A DNA stretch of 48,246 nt from Candidatus Dojkabacteria bacterium (lineage in GTDB: Archaea > Nanobdellota > Nanobdellia > Pacearchaeales > GW2011-AR1). The translations under genes and the position numbers were made by a program. The stretch covers positions 1 through 48,246 of the forward strand of contig JAFCCB010000001.1 of NCBI GenBank assembly GCA_017610445.1, given 5' to 3'. The notes beneath the pieces were generated by a model. The model saw only the letters and a program-made list of their open reading frames with translations, was not told the origin of the DNA and made no database searches. This document shows, piece after piece, positions 25,424 to 33,508 of this stretch (within the stretch, counting starts at the first letter, position 1; each line of letters opens with the position of its first letter).

Positions 25424-27736
25424 TTATATCTTCTTTCCTTTAATCTGCTTTTTCAGCCATTTCTGCCACAAAGAAAAAACTCTGTCTCCAACAGGCAAAC
25501 CAATCTCTTCCTGGACCTGCTGAGAAAACTGATGAAACATATTATTATTCAAGGCATTAAATTTAGACTCTAAAATTTTGGGCATCTTAGTTTTTTCAGC
25601 AACATCAACAATCTCCTGTTTTATTTTAGCTCTCAATAAAATATTATCATAAACAGCATCCCAATTCCCAGCCCACCCCTTCACCCCCCCAGCAATCGCC
25701 TTAATAATTTCTGAATCTCCATTAATCAGCTCATCACTTGGCTCTAACTCATCTTTCTTAACATTGTATTTCAGCAAATCAACAAAACCTTTCTCTTCTT
25801 CAGGGTCTTTAGTCCAGTGCTTTCTAACTTCTGCTAATTGAATAACTCTTTTCATACTGCTCATTCCATCAGGCGTCTTAACAGGATTAGCAATAATAAT
25901 ACAATCAGTCGCCTTAAAAGAAGTAACAGGAACCCCTAAATCATTAACAACTCTGTCAAAAACACCATAAGGGCTTGCACCATGAATTGTTCCTGCAACA
26001 ACATTTGCTAATGCCCCAACCCTCATTGCTTCATAAAGTGCTTTTGCTTCTAAACTTCTAACCTCACCAACAATCAAGCAAGAATCCCCTAATCTCAGCG
26101 AAGTTCTAATCCCTTCATCAGCGCCTATCTCATTGCTTGTTTTTAATAGAGCACTTCTTACTTTCATTCCAAGAATATCATATTTTAGTTTTCTTAATGA
26201 ATCTATTGGAAGTTCTCTTGTATCCTCCAAGACAATTACCCTATATTTTGGCATTATCTCTAACATTAAACTGCCTAAAACTGATGTTTTTCCACTTGAC
26301 CTGGTCCCTGCCACAAGAATAGTTCTCGCACCATCAACTAAAAAACTCATTAAACCAGCAGAAAAACTATTCATCATTTTATTTTTAACAAATAAAGGCA
26401 AGGTCCATGGCTCTTCTCTATGCCTCCTGATTGCATAAGCAAGCCCATTAGGAGAAAGTGGTTGTTGAATAACTGCAATTCTTGCTTTAATCTTTCCTAA
26501 ACCTAAATCAGTATCCAAAATAGGATTTGCCTCATCTAAAGGCCGTCCAGAAATCATTCTAAATTTTGCAGCCCATGAATCAGCATCTTCTTTGCTCGGA
26601 ATAATATTTGTAGAACACTCTCCAAACTTACTATGTTTAAGATAAACAGGATTAAGTGAAATCGGAGCATTCAAAACAATATCCTGCAGATTCCTGTCTT
26701 GAAGCAAAACTTCAATCAAACCAAAACCAATTGTATGCCTTACTAAAATTGCACTTAATTTATTCAGTTCATCATAATCTAATTTAACTCCTTTGCTCTC
26801 ACTTAACTCCCTGACTAAATCTCTTGAAATATTAAAAAAAACCTGCCTTGTTTTTTCAGGGTCTGTAAATTCCTCTGCTTTCGGCTGATGCTCAATCAAA
26901 ACATTTCTTGCCAAATTTAAAAGATTCTGCTTGCCCTCATCTAAAGAATATTCAGAAGGCATTAAATGATAAATATATTTTGTATCCTCAGGTTTTTTCA
27001 AAATTGTAACAACAGACTTATCATAACCCTCTCCAATCTCATACTGTTCAATAATCTCCGCCCCCTCAGGCAGACTTGCTGCTAGTCGTGTAAAAGTAAA
27101 ATTAGGAATTATATCTGCTCTAAAAAAATGATAATAAATATCCCTATCACCAAAAGAATAATCCTTAAAAAATTTCTTAGCTTCTTTAATCAGTTTTGTG
27201 CTCTCTAAAAGAGAATAAAACTTCTCTAACATTCTAACATAACTCGCCTGGTCAAACCTAACTTCATCAGGAGTATTTCCCAAATTCACTTTCTCTGCAT
27301 CTAAAAATCTCTGCAGTTCAAAATAACAGGCAACAGGATCTCTCTTCAAAGTCATTAAAAGATAACTAATATCATTGTATCTCTGCGACAAATACTGCGA
27401 ATTAGAAATAGACAATTTTAAAGGTGAAAGAATTTTCTCCTGCTTTGTCAAAAAAACATAAAGATTTGCAATCTCCTGTAATAAAAAAACTTGAGAAAAA
27501 TCATAATTGTAATTTCTCTGCTGAACAAAAACAATCCGAGATATATTCGGAGCCCCAATTAGCAAATCAATTGTTCGGTTCATCACCTCTCTGTTTTCAG
27601 CAAGATTAGGAACAAAAGTAGCACCTAAATAATTGACATACATAACCTGATTTTCTGCTTCTCTGACTATCTCATATGCATAAAGTTGCGTCCCTGGTTT
27701 AAATAACATCTTCCCCTTTTCACCTATAACTAACAA
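25424..27736 (-). CDS. type IV pilus assembly ATPase (FlaI/PilB/VirB11, GspE superfamily) with long N-terminal extension
   Basis: Walker A VAGTRSSGKTS, Walker B/Asp box RVIVLEDTRELP, His box region GEVRSLEAKALYEAMRVG...AGTIHGASP. The ORF-track start is TTG; the first ATG is at 27709. Confidence 0.9.
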   Translation of the reverse strand: MLVIGEKGKMLFKPGTQLYAYEIVREAENQVMYVNYLGATFVPNLAENREVMNRTIDLLIGAPNISRIVFVQQRNYNYDFSQVFLLQEIANLYVFLTKQEKILSPLKLSISNSQYLSQRYNDISYLLMTLKRDPVACYFELQRFLDAEKVNLGNTPDEVRFDQASYVRMLEKFYSLLESTKLIKEAKKFFKDYSFGDRDIYYHFFRADIIPNFTFTRLAASLPEGAEIIEQYEIGEGYDKSVVTILKKPEDTKYIYHLMPSEYSLDEGKQNLLNLARNVLIEHQPKAEEFTDPEKTRQVFFNISRDLVRELSESKGVKLDYDELNKLSAILVRHTIGFGLIEVLLQDRNLQDIVLNAPISLNPVYLKHSKFGECSTNIIPSKEDADSWAAKFRMISGRPLDEANPILDTDLGLGKIKARIAVIQQPLSPNGLAYAIRRHREEPWTLPLFVKNKMMNSFSAGLMSFLVDGARTILVAGTRSSGKTSVLGSLMLEIMPKYRVIVLEDTRELPIDSLRKLKYDILGMKVRSALLKTSNEIGADEGIRTSLRLGDSCLIVGEVRSLEAKALYEAMRVGALANVVAGTIHGASPYGVFDRVVNDLGVPVTSFKATDCIIIANPVKTPDGMSSMKRVIQLAEVRKHWTKDPEEEKGFVDLLKYNVKKDELEPSDELINGDSEIIKAIAGGVKGWAGNWDAVYDNILLRAKIKQEIVDVAEKTKMPKILESKFNALNNNMFHQFSQQVQEEIGLPVGDRVFSLWQKWLKKQIKGKKI

Positions 27737-27786
27737 AACATCACCATATTAAAAGTTAATTGTGATTTAAATATTAAAAAATCAAT

Positions 27787-28119
27787 CTACATAATCCTGC
27801 TCGTAATATGAACTGTAGCTTCTTCTTGCTTATATCTTTGACGCAAACGTTCATGCCCCCCCAATAACTCGAAGTCAAAAGTTTTTATAAGTTCATGCTT
27901 CCCAAATTCTGTTGAGTAAACCTTAGAGAAAGGTTGCAGAACCTCTTGGTGATGTTGTGCTATACTTTCTGGAATTCCAATAATAATATCATCTTTCCCT
28001 AGTTCCTGTTCAAGTTTCTCTAGTGCTTTTCTTTTTACACCATCAAAGCCTTTTCTTCCTTTTCTGTTAACTACATAATATCTATATTTTTGTTTAGTTT
28101 GTTTTCCCATATTCATCAA
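27787..28119 (-). CDS. hypothetical protein (about 109 aa)
   Basis: Clean ORF upstream of the ATPase. The ORF-track start is TTG; ATG is at 28116. No motif recognised. Confidence 0.35.
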   Translation of the reverse strand: MMNMGKQTKQKYRYYVVNRKGRKGFDGVKRKALEKLEQELGKDDIIIGIPESIAQHHQEVLQPFSKVYSTEFGKHELIKTFDFELLGGHERLRQRYKQEEATVHITSRIM

Positions 28120-28521
28120 TCAAGAACTCTCTTTCCTTTTTATTGTTAGGGTTGAATAAGTTAATTGTTCTAATCTACTCTCAATCCAATTTGCTCTTTC
28201 TATATATTTTTCTGCACTATCTTTGAATTTTTTTATATAAAGTTTTACAGTTTCTGCCTTAAAAGGAATCAAATCAGTACGATGAAGAAATTTTGAATTT
28301 TGATTCACCCATACTTTTCTTTTCTTTATCTTGTCTCCTAAAAAATCAAATACATCAAAATAATAAGAATTGCCATAACAATCAGTTTTCTTCATTACTA
28401 AAGGATTTTGAATAAAAATATTTTTGGGAGGAATTCCATAATCTAAATTCCCTGCTTGTTGATAAAACCCAACTTTCAAAGGTTCTCCATTAAAATCCCT
28501 TGCTATTATTTTTTCTTCCAT
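28120..28521 (-). CDS. hypothetical protein (133 aa)
   Basis: Clean ORF whose stop abuts the next ORF. No motif recognised. Confidence 0.35.
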   Translation of the reverse strand: MEEKIIARDFNGEPLKVGFYQQAGNLDYGIPPKNIFIQNPLVMKKTDCYGNSYYFDVFDFLGDKIKKRKVWVNQNSKFLHRTDLIPFKAETVKLYIKKFKDSAEKYIERANWIESRLEQLTYSTLTIKRKESS

Positions 28522-28603
28522 CTTTACCTATCATCAGAACTCTCCTTCCCTTTTTAGGTAATTATCCCTATAATTAACCGTTTATAAACTTTATCAAACA
28601 CAC

Positions 28604-28615
28604 GGCTATGTGTAA
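28604..28615. repeat. IS terminal inverted repeat (transposase 3' side)
   Basis: GGCTATGTGTAA is the exact reverse complement of 29866-29877. Confidence 0.8.
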
Positions 28616-28618
28616 TTC

Positions 28619-29461
28619 TTAAACCATCCCTTTAGAAATTATTTTCCATTCATACTTCGCTCTATTAAGAACATTAATATTATGATTAATCCATCTTAAA
28701 GTTTCTTCATTTGTTCTAGCAGATTTTAGTTTAGAATAAACTTTATCTCCATGTAGCATCTTTTTCATTTGATTAGATGTTTCAACATTGCTTCTTTTGT
28801 GATAATGTTTATTATATTCTTCAAGGTTATCTTTTGATTCTTGATTCATCTCTTTCCAAGAAGGAATTCCGCTTTGCTTTCCGTTCCAACTCTTCTTGCA
28901 TTTGAAGTAAGGTTTAGCCCCTACTTCTAAAACCTTTTCACAATTTGCTTTAGCCCAATACATTCCATCTCCACTCCATTCATCAATCTGAAAATTCCTT
29001 GCTGTTTTATTAATATGTTCTCTGAAAATTCCTTGCTGTTTTATTAATATGTTCTCTAAAAATAATATTATCTTTACCCTTTTTATTTCTACATTAAGAG
29101 CAGTTACTATTTTGCTCTTAACACTAATTGAAGTATGAACTGTTAAATGATCTCTCTTTCTTATTCTTTTATTAATTCTCAAGCTATACCAAGTTGAGAA
29201 TAACTTAGTCCTTATTCCAGTTGAGTCTGTAGCAAAATCTTTCTCGATAATTGCTAATGGTTTAGAACTCTCTTCTATCAACAAATCAAGAACTTCTTGA
29301 AGGGAGTTGTCTCCTCTATAATTACATAATGTTTTGAAGCAGGGAATTTTAACACTTATGAGTTTTGTTTTTTTGAAGAGTTTTAATAAATTTCTGGCTC
29401 TTCTTACAGATAAGTTTGGAAATTTATGCCACACTAAAAGGCAAGTTATAATTCTTCTCAT
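28619..29461 (-). CDS. DDE transposase (IS4/IS5 family signature)
   Basis: D in FATDSTG, D in SGDGMYW, and the Y-x2-R-x3-E-x6-K signature in YHKRSNVETSNQMKK. Confidence 0.75.
   Translation of the reverse strand: MRRIITCLLVWHKFPNLSVRRARNLLKLFKKTKLISVKIPCFKTLCNYRGDNSLQEVLDLLIEESSKPLAIIEKDFATDSTGIRTKLFSTWYSLRINKRIRKRDHLTVHTSISVKSKIVTALNVEIKRVKIILFLENILIKQQGIFREHINKTARNFQIDEWSGDGMYWAKANCEKVLEVGAKPYFKCKKSWNGKQSGIPSWKEMNQESKDNLEEYNKHYHKRSNVETSNQMKKMLHGDKVYSKLKSARTNEETLRWINHNINVLNRAKYEWKIISKGMV
28990..29057. repeat. perfect 34-bp tandem duplication inside the transposase ORF
   Basis: GAAAATTCCTTGCTGTTTTATTAATATGTTCTCT occurs at 28990-29023 and again at 29024-29057. Confidence 0.95.
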
Positions 29462-29711
29462 CCTTTTAGTTTTACAAACTTTAAATTCGAGATATTTGAC
29501 AAAGTCAAGGAAGTTTAAGAACCCATTATCTTAAACTTTGTTATATGGTGCCTCATCTCTAAGATACCTCTTTTTCTTTTTCATAACTATTTATGGTGCC
29601 CATAATGGTTATGTTTTTCTATATTTGATTATACTATATAAGAACACCATAAAACTTATATAATATGGTGCCTAAGAATACATTTATAGAATAAATAGTC
29701 TTGTAAACACT

Positions 29712-29861
29712 ATGGCATTCATTAGAAAAAAGAAGATTGGAAGTAAAATCTATTATTATGTTGTTGAGAATAAGTTAATTAAAGGGAGAGTAATGCAAAA
29801 GGTCTTGTATTACATAGGGACTGCAGAAACATTACTTAAAAAATTAAAGATTAAACACTAA
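29712..29861 (+). CDS. small basic ORF (49 aa) inside the IS, opposite to the transposase
   Basis: MAFIRKKKIGSKIYYYVVENKLIKGRVMQKVLYYIGTAETLLKKLKIKH. It resembles the N-terminal DNA-binding module seen at the start of some archaeal transposases (from memory). Hand-translated. Confidence 0.35.
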   Translation: MAFIRKKKIGSKIYYYVVENKLIKGRVMQKVLYYIGTAETLLKKLKIKH

Positions 29862-29865
29862 TCTT

Positions 29866-29877
29866 TTACACATAGCC
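29866..29877. repeat. IS terminal inverted repeat (transposase 5' side)
   Basis: TTACACATAGCC is the exact reverse complement of 28604-28615. Confidence 0.8.
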
Positions 29878-29974
29878 TAAACACTCTAATAAATAAAATA
29901 ATATCCTTATTAAAATTATGTATGCAACGCAACAATTTTAAACCCTTCTTCCTTAATATTTTAAAAGAGATAAA

Positions 29975-30358
29975 ATGGACATTCAACCCCAGCCCCAAGA
30001 TTCCATAAACGCGCTTTTATCTGAATTCAGCACTCGATTAAATGAAGTGGAAGAAAAACAAAGATTAATCAAAGACCGGCTTTTATTAATTGGAGAAAAT
30101 TTAATTTCAACTAAAGAAGATTTTCTAAAACAGGATTTTGAAACAAAAAAACATTTAAAAAAAATAGATTTTGAAACCCACTCTCTAAAACAACTCTTAG
30201 CAAGAATAATTAATGAACTGCCAAACTTTGCAAAAAAACCAGAATTAGAAATCCTGCAAAGACAGATGAAAATGTTCCAGCCATTAGAATTTGCAAGAAT
30301 CAAAGATGTTCAGGATATTATAAAAAAAGAAATCAAAAAGCAAAATTTAAAACCATAA
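29975..30358 (+). CDS. coiled-coil protein (127 aa)
   Basis: Heptad-rich sequence (LNEVEEKQRLIKDRLLLIGENL...). No enzymatic motif. Confidence 0.45.
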   Translation: MDIQPQPQDSINALLSEFSTRLNEVEEKQRLIKDRLLLIGENLISTKEDFLKQDFETKKHLKKIDFETHSLKQLLARIINELPNFAKKPELEILQRQMKMFQPLEFARIKDVQDIIKKEIKKQNLKP

Positions 30359-30374
30359 AAAACTAAATAAAAAG

Positions 30375-31160
30375 ATGGCAATTTTAGAAAAAATAATGCA
30401 GTTAAAACAGCAAGGACAAACAGAATCTCAAATTGCAGATTCATTAAAACAAGAGGGGGTTTCACCTAAAGAAATTAATGAAGCATTATCCCAGTCAAAA
30501 ATTAAATCTACATTAAATGAACAAAACACAATAATGCAGCCGCCACAAATGCCTCCTGTAACTTCTGAAATTCAGCAACCTCCAATTCAAGAAGCACAAA
30601 TGCAACCAAGCATAATGCAGCAGCAACCTGCACAAGCTTTTCCACAGCAACCTCAACAAACACAGGAAATTCCCCCTTCTTTCCAGCCCTCTCAAATGCC
30701 TGTCCAAGAAATTCAGGAAACACAAGAACCACCCCAATATCAAGAATATCAGCCACAAGAAACCGCAGATATTGAAACAATAAATGAAATCGCAGAACAG
30801 ATTGTGGATGAAAAAACAAATGGACTAAAAAAACAAATCTCTTCTTTCACAAAATTTAAACAAGAACTAACATTAGAAATTGAAAAAATAAACCAGAGAT
30901 TATCAAAAACAGAAGATGCATTAAATCAACTGCAGACAGCAATCATAGGAAAAGTTGGAGAATATGGAAAAGACATTAAAAACATAGCAGAAGAAATGCA
31001 CACAACCCAAGATTCTTTTTCTAAAATTCTTAATCCTTTAACCGACAACATACGAGAACTTCAAAAAATAACAGGGACCCAAAAAAAACCTTCAAGACCA
31101 AAGCCAAAAACAGAAAAATCTAAAAAACAAAAACCAAATTTTGAAGATTATCTAAGATAA
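30375..31160 (+). CDS. protein with small N-terminal helical domain, Q/P-rich linker and C-terminal coiled coil
   Basis: MAILEKIMQLKQQGQTESQIADSLKQEGVSPKEINEALSQ, then about 90 aa of Q/P low complexity, then a coiled coil (KQELTLEIEKINQRLSKTEDALNQLQ) and a basic tail. Confidence 0.5.
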   Translation: MAILEKIMQLKQQGQTESQIADSLKQEGVSPKEINEALSQSKIKSTLNEQNTIMQPPQMPPVTSEIQQPPIQEAQMQPSIMQQQPAQAFPQQPQQTQEIPPSFQPSQMPVQEIQETQEPPQYQEYQPQETADIETINEIAEQIVDEKTNGLKKQISSFTKFKQELTLEIEKINQRLSKTEDALNQLQTAIIGKVGEYGKDIKNIAEEMHTTQDSFSKILNPLTDNIRELQKITGTQKKPSRPKPKTEKSKKQKPNFEDYLR

Positions 31161-31196
31161 ATCAATAATTACTTCTGACAAAGTATATAATTCTAA

Positions 31197-31635
31197 TCAA
31201 TTATCATAAACAATTAATCCAGGATTTAATCTTTTTTTATTTTCTCTAAAAGATTTTTCATAAGGGGTGAATTTTTCATTTGGATCAGGCATAGAAGGAA
31301 TTATAATTATAGGAGGATTACGAGGAATAATACGAACTTCTCTTGTATCACGAGTCCCATCAGAATTTGAATCATAGAAAGTTATTATTGCCGTGCCTCT
31401 TTCTCCACCTCGGGTAATCTGCAGCATATTTTCTTTACCTATTGGGTTAATAGTATAATAATCATTTGACCTGATAATATAATTTCCTTTATTATCTTTC
31501 CCAATTATCTCTTTTATCTCAGTAGAAAGATTGTTTATTTTTACTGACTCTTCATGTGTAATGCTTATTTTTTGACAACCAAAAATATTAACACAACTAA
31601 ACAATTCCAGCCAAACCAGCAATCACTTTTTTCAT
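31197..31635 (-). pseudogene. putative lipoprotein with signal peptide interrupted by a 1-nt frameshift
   Basis: ATG 31635 gives MKKVIAGLAGIV then a stop. Removing one A from the A3 run at 31599-31601 fuses this to SCVNIFGC|QKISITHEE..., a complete signal peptide plus lipobox-like IFGC. The ORF-track version starts at a TTG. Confidence 0.45.
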
Positions 31636-31897
31636 ATAATATAAAAATAAAAAGATTTAATAAAGATTGTTATATTTTAAAATATCTATCCTTTAAATTA
31701 TTAAGTTCTATTGATGAGTTGATTTAGTACATAAACTCCCCTTCCAAGCATAACATCTTTATGAAATCTCAATATCTTACAAAAATTAAAAGTATGCAAA
31801 AGAGTTTGCTTAAGTTACTCAATCTCAAAGTTTAATCACCTCATCTTCCAAACTAATATTTTAATAAGTTATAAATACAAAAAAATTTATAAGAAAT

Positions 31898-32404
31898 TTA
31901 TTTCTTTGTAACAACCCAAGCAACAATCCCTGCAATCACCAACAGCAAAATACTTCCAACAACCCCTCCACTTGCATATCCTCTTAATTGCTCAATCATG
32001 CTTGTCCCCTGTCCAGAAGTAATCACCAAATCAGGATGAAAAACAGGATTAAAAACTTTCACAGCAGCAATTAAAAAAATAACAATCAAAACACCAACAA
32101 CAATCCAGGCAAATGTAGGAGTCATCATTTTATCCAAACTTTTAGTTGACAAACCAGCAATCAATAGCACTAAAAAAACAACAACAGCTAAAACAACAAA
32201 CCACGGCAAGATTGTCTGAACATACAACTCCAAAGAAGAAAAACTCATAAAAATAATCGCAACAATAAAACTAATTAAAGAAAGAACAAATTGATTTTCT
32301 CCAAGAACTTTTGTTTTAAAAAGCAAAGCATAAACAACTACAAAAACAAAAAGAAAACTAAATATAGGCATAAAAAAATTCAATCCAGATATATCAAGTG
32401 CCAT
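31898..32404 (-). CDS. 4-TM membrane protein, tandem paralog C
   Basis: Shares FMPIFSFLFVFVVVYALLFKTKVLGEN with the two upstream paralogs. Confidence 0.55.
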   Translation of the reverse strand: MALDISGLNFFMPIFSFLFVFVVVYALLFKTKVLGENQFVLSLISFIVAIIFMSFSSLELYVQTILPWFVVLAVVVFLVLLIAGLSTKSLDKMMTPTFAWIVVGVLIVIFLIAAVKVFNPVFHPDLVITSGQGTSMIEQLRGYASGGVVGSILLLVIAGIVAWVVTKK

Positions 32405-32415
32405 TTTTCATAATT

Positions 32416-32925
32416 TTAATGATGAATAGTTGTCCCACTATCATCCTTATTTTTAGTCCCAAGAATAATCCCAGTAATTATTCCTCCAATAACTACTACA
32501 AGAATAATCCAAGGAACCCAATCTTCTCCAACATATCCTCCAAACCAACTAAAATCCCAAACAGTATAAAGCATTACAACAATAAATATCAAAGCACCTA
32601 TTCCAAAAAAAATCCATTTGCTTGTATCCCCCCCATCAGTTAATATCCCCATTAAAATTAAAGCAACTAATAAAACAGCAATTCCAATTCCAGCATAAGG
32701 AAATATTGTTGCAAAAAAATTCGCAACATAATCAAACTGCAAAGCTAATAAACCAACAGCCAATGCAATAGTTGCATGCACTGCTTTATTCTTGCCTAAA
32801 ATCTTACTCTCACTTAAAATTCCATAAACTAATGCAAAAATCATTAAAAAAGGAAGTATATAAGCAAAAACACCTATGTCAGCCCAAGTATTCAAAATAT
32901 TTGTAACAGTATTTGCATAAACCAT
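32416..32925 (-). CDS. 4-TM membrane protein, tandem paralog B
   Basis: FAYILPFLMIFALVYGILSESKILGKNK; same length and topology as paralogs A and C. Confidence 0.55.
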   Translation of the reverse strand: MVYANTVTNILNTWADIGVFAYILPFLMIFALVYGILSESKILGKNKAVHATIALAVGLLALQFDYVANFFATIFPYAGIGIAVLLVALILMGILTDGGDTSKWIFFGIGALIFIVVMLYTVWDFSWFGGYVGEDWVPWIILVVVIGGIITGIILGTKNKDDSGTTIHH

Positions 32926-33006
32926 TTTTATTTAAGTTTTTATCTCTCTAAATTTTAATCTCCTTACTATATTATCTCAACTCTTTTTTAATTTATATAT
33001 GTTTCG

Positions 33007-33507
33007 TTAAGTTTTTTCTTTTTCTTCTCCTTTAAGAACAGAAATAATTGCTCCAACCATCACCCCAATCAATAAAATATTAATCCAAATCTGCCCTGCT
33101 CCTTCACCTCCAAACATCAAATCATAAACAGCATCCCAATATCCTGAAATAAATAAAATAGCAGTTACAAGCGCCAACCCAATAATAATCCCTAAAGTAA
33201 TTTTCAAACCATTACTTAAAATCTCTTCATTCTTTTTTCTTCCCATAAAACCATACAATAGCATAAAAACAAATAAAACCACCGCAACCACTACTAAAAA
33301 AGGCATTAACTGAACAACAATATTTCTTGCAAAAGGAAAAGCAATTAAAATTATCCCAATAACCAAACCCATAATTGCATTAATTTGTTTCTTGCCCTCG
33401 CCAAGTAACTGTGTCTTTTCTAAAATTGCAAAAATTAAAGTAAACACTAATACAAATGGCAAAATATAATCTATGAAAAATGCAGAAACAAAAATTGGAG
33501 CAGTCAT
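33007..33507 (-). CDS. 4-TM membrane protein, tandem paralog A
   Basis: FIDYILPFVLVFTLIFAILEKTQLLGEGKK. Its ATG lies 1 nt after the PRC-barrel gene stop. Confidence 0.55.
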   Translation of the reverse strand: MTAPIFVSAFFIDYILPFVLVFTLIFAILEKTQLLGEGKKQINAIMGLVIGIILIAFPFARNIVVQLMPFLVVVAVVLFVFMLLYGFMGRKKNEEILSNGLKITLGIIIGLALVTAILFISGYWDAVYDLMFGGEGAGQIWINILLIGVMVGAIISVLKGEEKEKT

Positions 33508-33508
33508 T

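Larger units (their letters stand above)
28604..29877 (-). mobile_element. insertion sequence (IS4/IS5-type DDE transposase), 1274 bp
   Basis: Bounded by perfect 12-bp terminal inverted repeats GGCTATGTGTAA (28604-28615) / TTACACATAGCC (29866-29877). Carries a DDE transposase ORF. Confidence 0.7.

Noticed and set aside
13977-27736. Interpreting the ATPase, platform, peptidase and pilin locus as an archaellum (motility) operon.
   Set aside because: No archaellin-like FlaB and no FlaH, FlaF/G or FlaC/D/E candidates are present. The small subunits are heterogeneous pilin-like proteins, which fits an adhesive type IV pilus-like system better.
28596-29884. A target-site duplication for the IS (AAACAC near both ends).
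   Set aside because: The hexamers are offset from the inverted repeats by 2 nt on one side and 1 nt on the other. A clean direct duplication therefore cannot be claimed from this sequence alone.
30508-30819. Two long antisense ORFs (30508-30819 and 30513-30758) lie opposite the Q/P-rich region of 30375-31160.
   Set aside because: They coincide exactly with the CAA/CAG/CCT-rich low-complexity tract, whose reverse complement lacks stop codons. The translations are Leu/Phe/Cys-rich nonsense.
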